In this document: positions 31,125 to 32,000 of the stretch, one piece after another
How the letters are laid out: every line of letters begins with the position of its first letter
Numbering within the stretch: the first letter of the stretch is position 1
Assembly (NCBI RefSeq): GCF_000025925.1
Contig: NC_014033.1
Span: 2,850,001 to 2,882,000, forward strand
Direction of reading: 5' to 3'
Source: Xylanibacter ruminicola 23
GTDB lineage: Bacteria; Bacteroidota; Bacteroidia; Bacteroidales; Bacteroidaceae
Length of the DNA: 32,000 nucleotides
Program-made: the position numbers and the translations under genes
The notes under the pieces: generated by a model
Told to the model about the DNA's origin: nothing
The model's database searches: none
What the model saw: the letters and a program-made list of their open reading frames with translations, nothing else

Positions 31125-31813
31125 AATAGCTTCAATATTTCGTTGAAATGGGTAATCTTTGTCAGTCGTGGATGCACGATATCCTCAGAGTGCTCCAACT
31201 GCCAGGTAACGTGGAAGGGGATATGAATGGCCCAGGCACCGATATTGAGTGCAGGAGCGATGTCGCTCTTCAGCGAGTTACCCACCATAAGGAACTGTGA
31301 GGGCTGAACCTCCAGACGCTCACAGAGCTGCGAGAACTCTGTTTCGGTTTTATTGCTGGTGATTTCTACATGTGAGAAATACTTATCCAGATAGCTGCGA
31401 TACAGCTTATTCTCCTGATCCTGCAACTCGCCTTTGGTAAACACCACAAGACGATAGGGATAGGCCTGCAAACGCTGCAATGTTTCCTCTACCTCAGGCA
31501 ACGGTGTGGCAGGCAGATGCAACAGCTGCTTGCTGTGCGCCAGCAACTCAGCCAGTTGGGTATGTGATAAATGTGCGCCACCAACACGGAGCGCTGTTTC
31601 TATAATCGAAATAGTGAAAGCCTTGCAGCCATAGCCCAAATCGGCCATATTTCCCGATTCGGTAACAAACAACTCGTGGGCAGGGTCGTCGCAATAAGGC
31701 GCAATCAGGTCGTAGAGATGTTTCTCTACTTCCTCGAAATGACTCTGACAATCCCACAAGGTATCATCGGCGTCGAAAGCTATCACACGGAGATTTCTAA
31801 CGTCTATCTTCAT
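31121..31813 (-). CDS. HAD superfamily hydrolase
   Basis: 230 aa. Motif I is VIAFDADDTLW (DxDxT), motif II-like is VVFTKG, and motif III/IV is MVGNSLKSDI. It has ATGA overlaps with both neighbours. Confidence 0.8.
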   Translation of the reverse strand: MKIDVRNLRVIAFDADDTLWDCQSHFEEVEKHLYDLIAPYCDDPAHELFVTESGNMADLGYGCKAFTISIIETALRVGGAHLSHTQLAELLAHSKQLLHLPATPLPEVEETLQRLQAYPYRLVVFTKGELQDQENKLYRSYLDKYFSHVEITSNKTETEFSQLCERLEVQPSQFLMVGNSLKSDIAPALNIGAWAIHIPFHVTWQLEHSEDIVHPRLTKITHFNEILKLL

Positions 31814-32000
31814 TTCTTACAATGTGGACAAGTTCCTTTAATAATATAATTAGATGTATGGGCCTCAAAGCCCTCGGGCAGTTCTACCTTAGGCATCATA
31901 ACGCCATCCAGACAGTAGGTCTGCTGGCACTGCTCACAGTAGAAGTGGGGGTGCACATCATCATCGTGATCGTCGTGATGACTATGGCAGAGCTCAAAAC
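31810..32000 (-). CDS. Fur-family metalloregulator, C-terminal part only (the gene continues beyond the window end)
   Basis: Not in the ORF track because it has no start in the window. The minus-strand frame reads FELCHSHHDDHDDDVHPHFYCEQCQQTYCLDGVMMPKVELPEGFEAHTSNYIIKGTCPHCKK*. It has a His-rich site followed by CxxC...CxxC, typical of the Fur/Zur/PerR dimerisation domain. The TGA overlaps the HAD ATG (ATGA). Confidence 0.7.
   Translation of the reverse strand, partial: FELCHSHHDDHDDDVHPHFYCEQCQQTYCLDGVMMPKVELPEGFEAHTSNYIIKGTCPHCKK

Overview
Chromosomal window from a Bacteroidota genome, most likely Prevotella-like Bacteroidales. This call rests on roughly 50% GC, TAnnTTTG -7 promoter boxes, A-rich leaders with no Shine-Dalgarno, GH92/GH27/GH16 enzymes and an HU-like plus smalltalk-like gene pair. 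Gene order: (1) a membrane-anchored AraC-like regulator, then a short Bro-N fragment divergent from an HU-like DNA-binding gene and a 33-aa smalltalk-like ORF that the ORF track misses; this region is dense with word repeats. (2) A SusC/D-less alpha-mannoside/mannose cluster: long-form PMI-like protein, ROK-like kinase, GH92 lipoprotein, MFS permease. (3) A small membrane ORF, tRNA-Asn(GUU) and an S41 peptidase. (4) An uninterrupted co-directional string of about 11 kb, rimP-nusA-infB-sufB-(NCS2 purine permease)-sufC-sufD-sufS. (5) A convergent GH27 alpha-galactosidase-like gene of lower GC, then rnhB, a secreted DUF3237 protein and a DMT transporter. (6) A translationally coupled lipoprotein + radical SAM/SPASM pair of unknown function, which I rank as the best candidate for an uncharacterised system. 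(7) A tightly packed minus-strand string: Fur-family regulator (partial, runs off the window)-HAD hydrolase-hotdog thioesterase-GH16-murQ-small lipoprotein. The last ORF overlaps the 3' end of the rSAM gene antisense. I saw no rRNA, CRISPR array, transposase or integrase. Several ORF-track N-termini are over-extended (TTG starts, or starts upstream of -7 boxes) and are trimmed here. All family calls come from motif recognition by eye; no searches were run.
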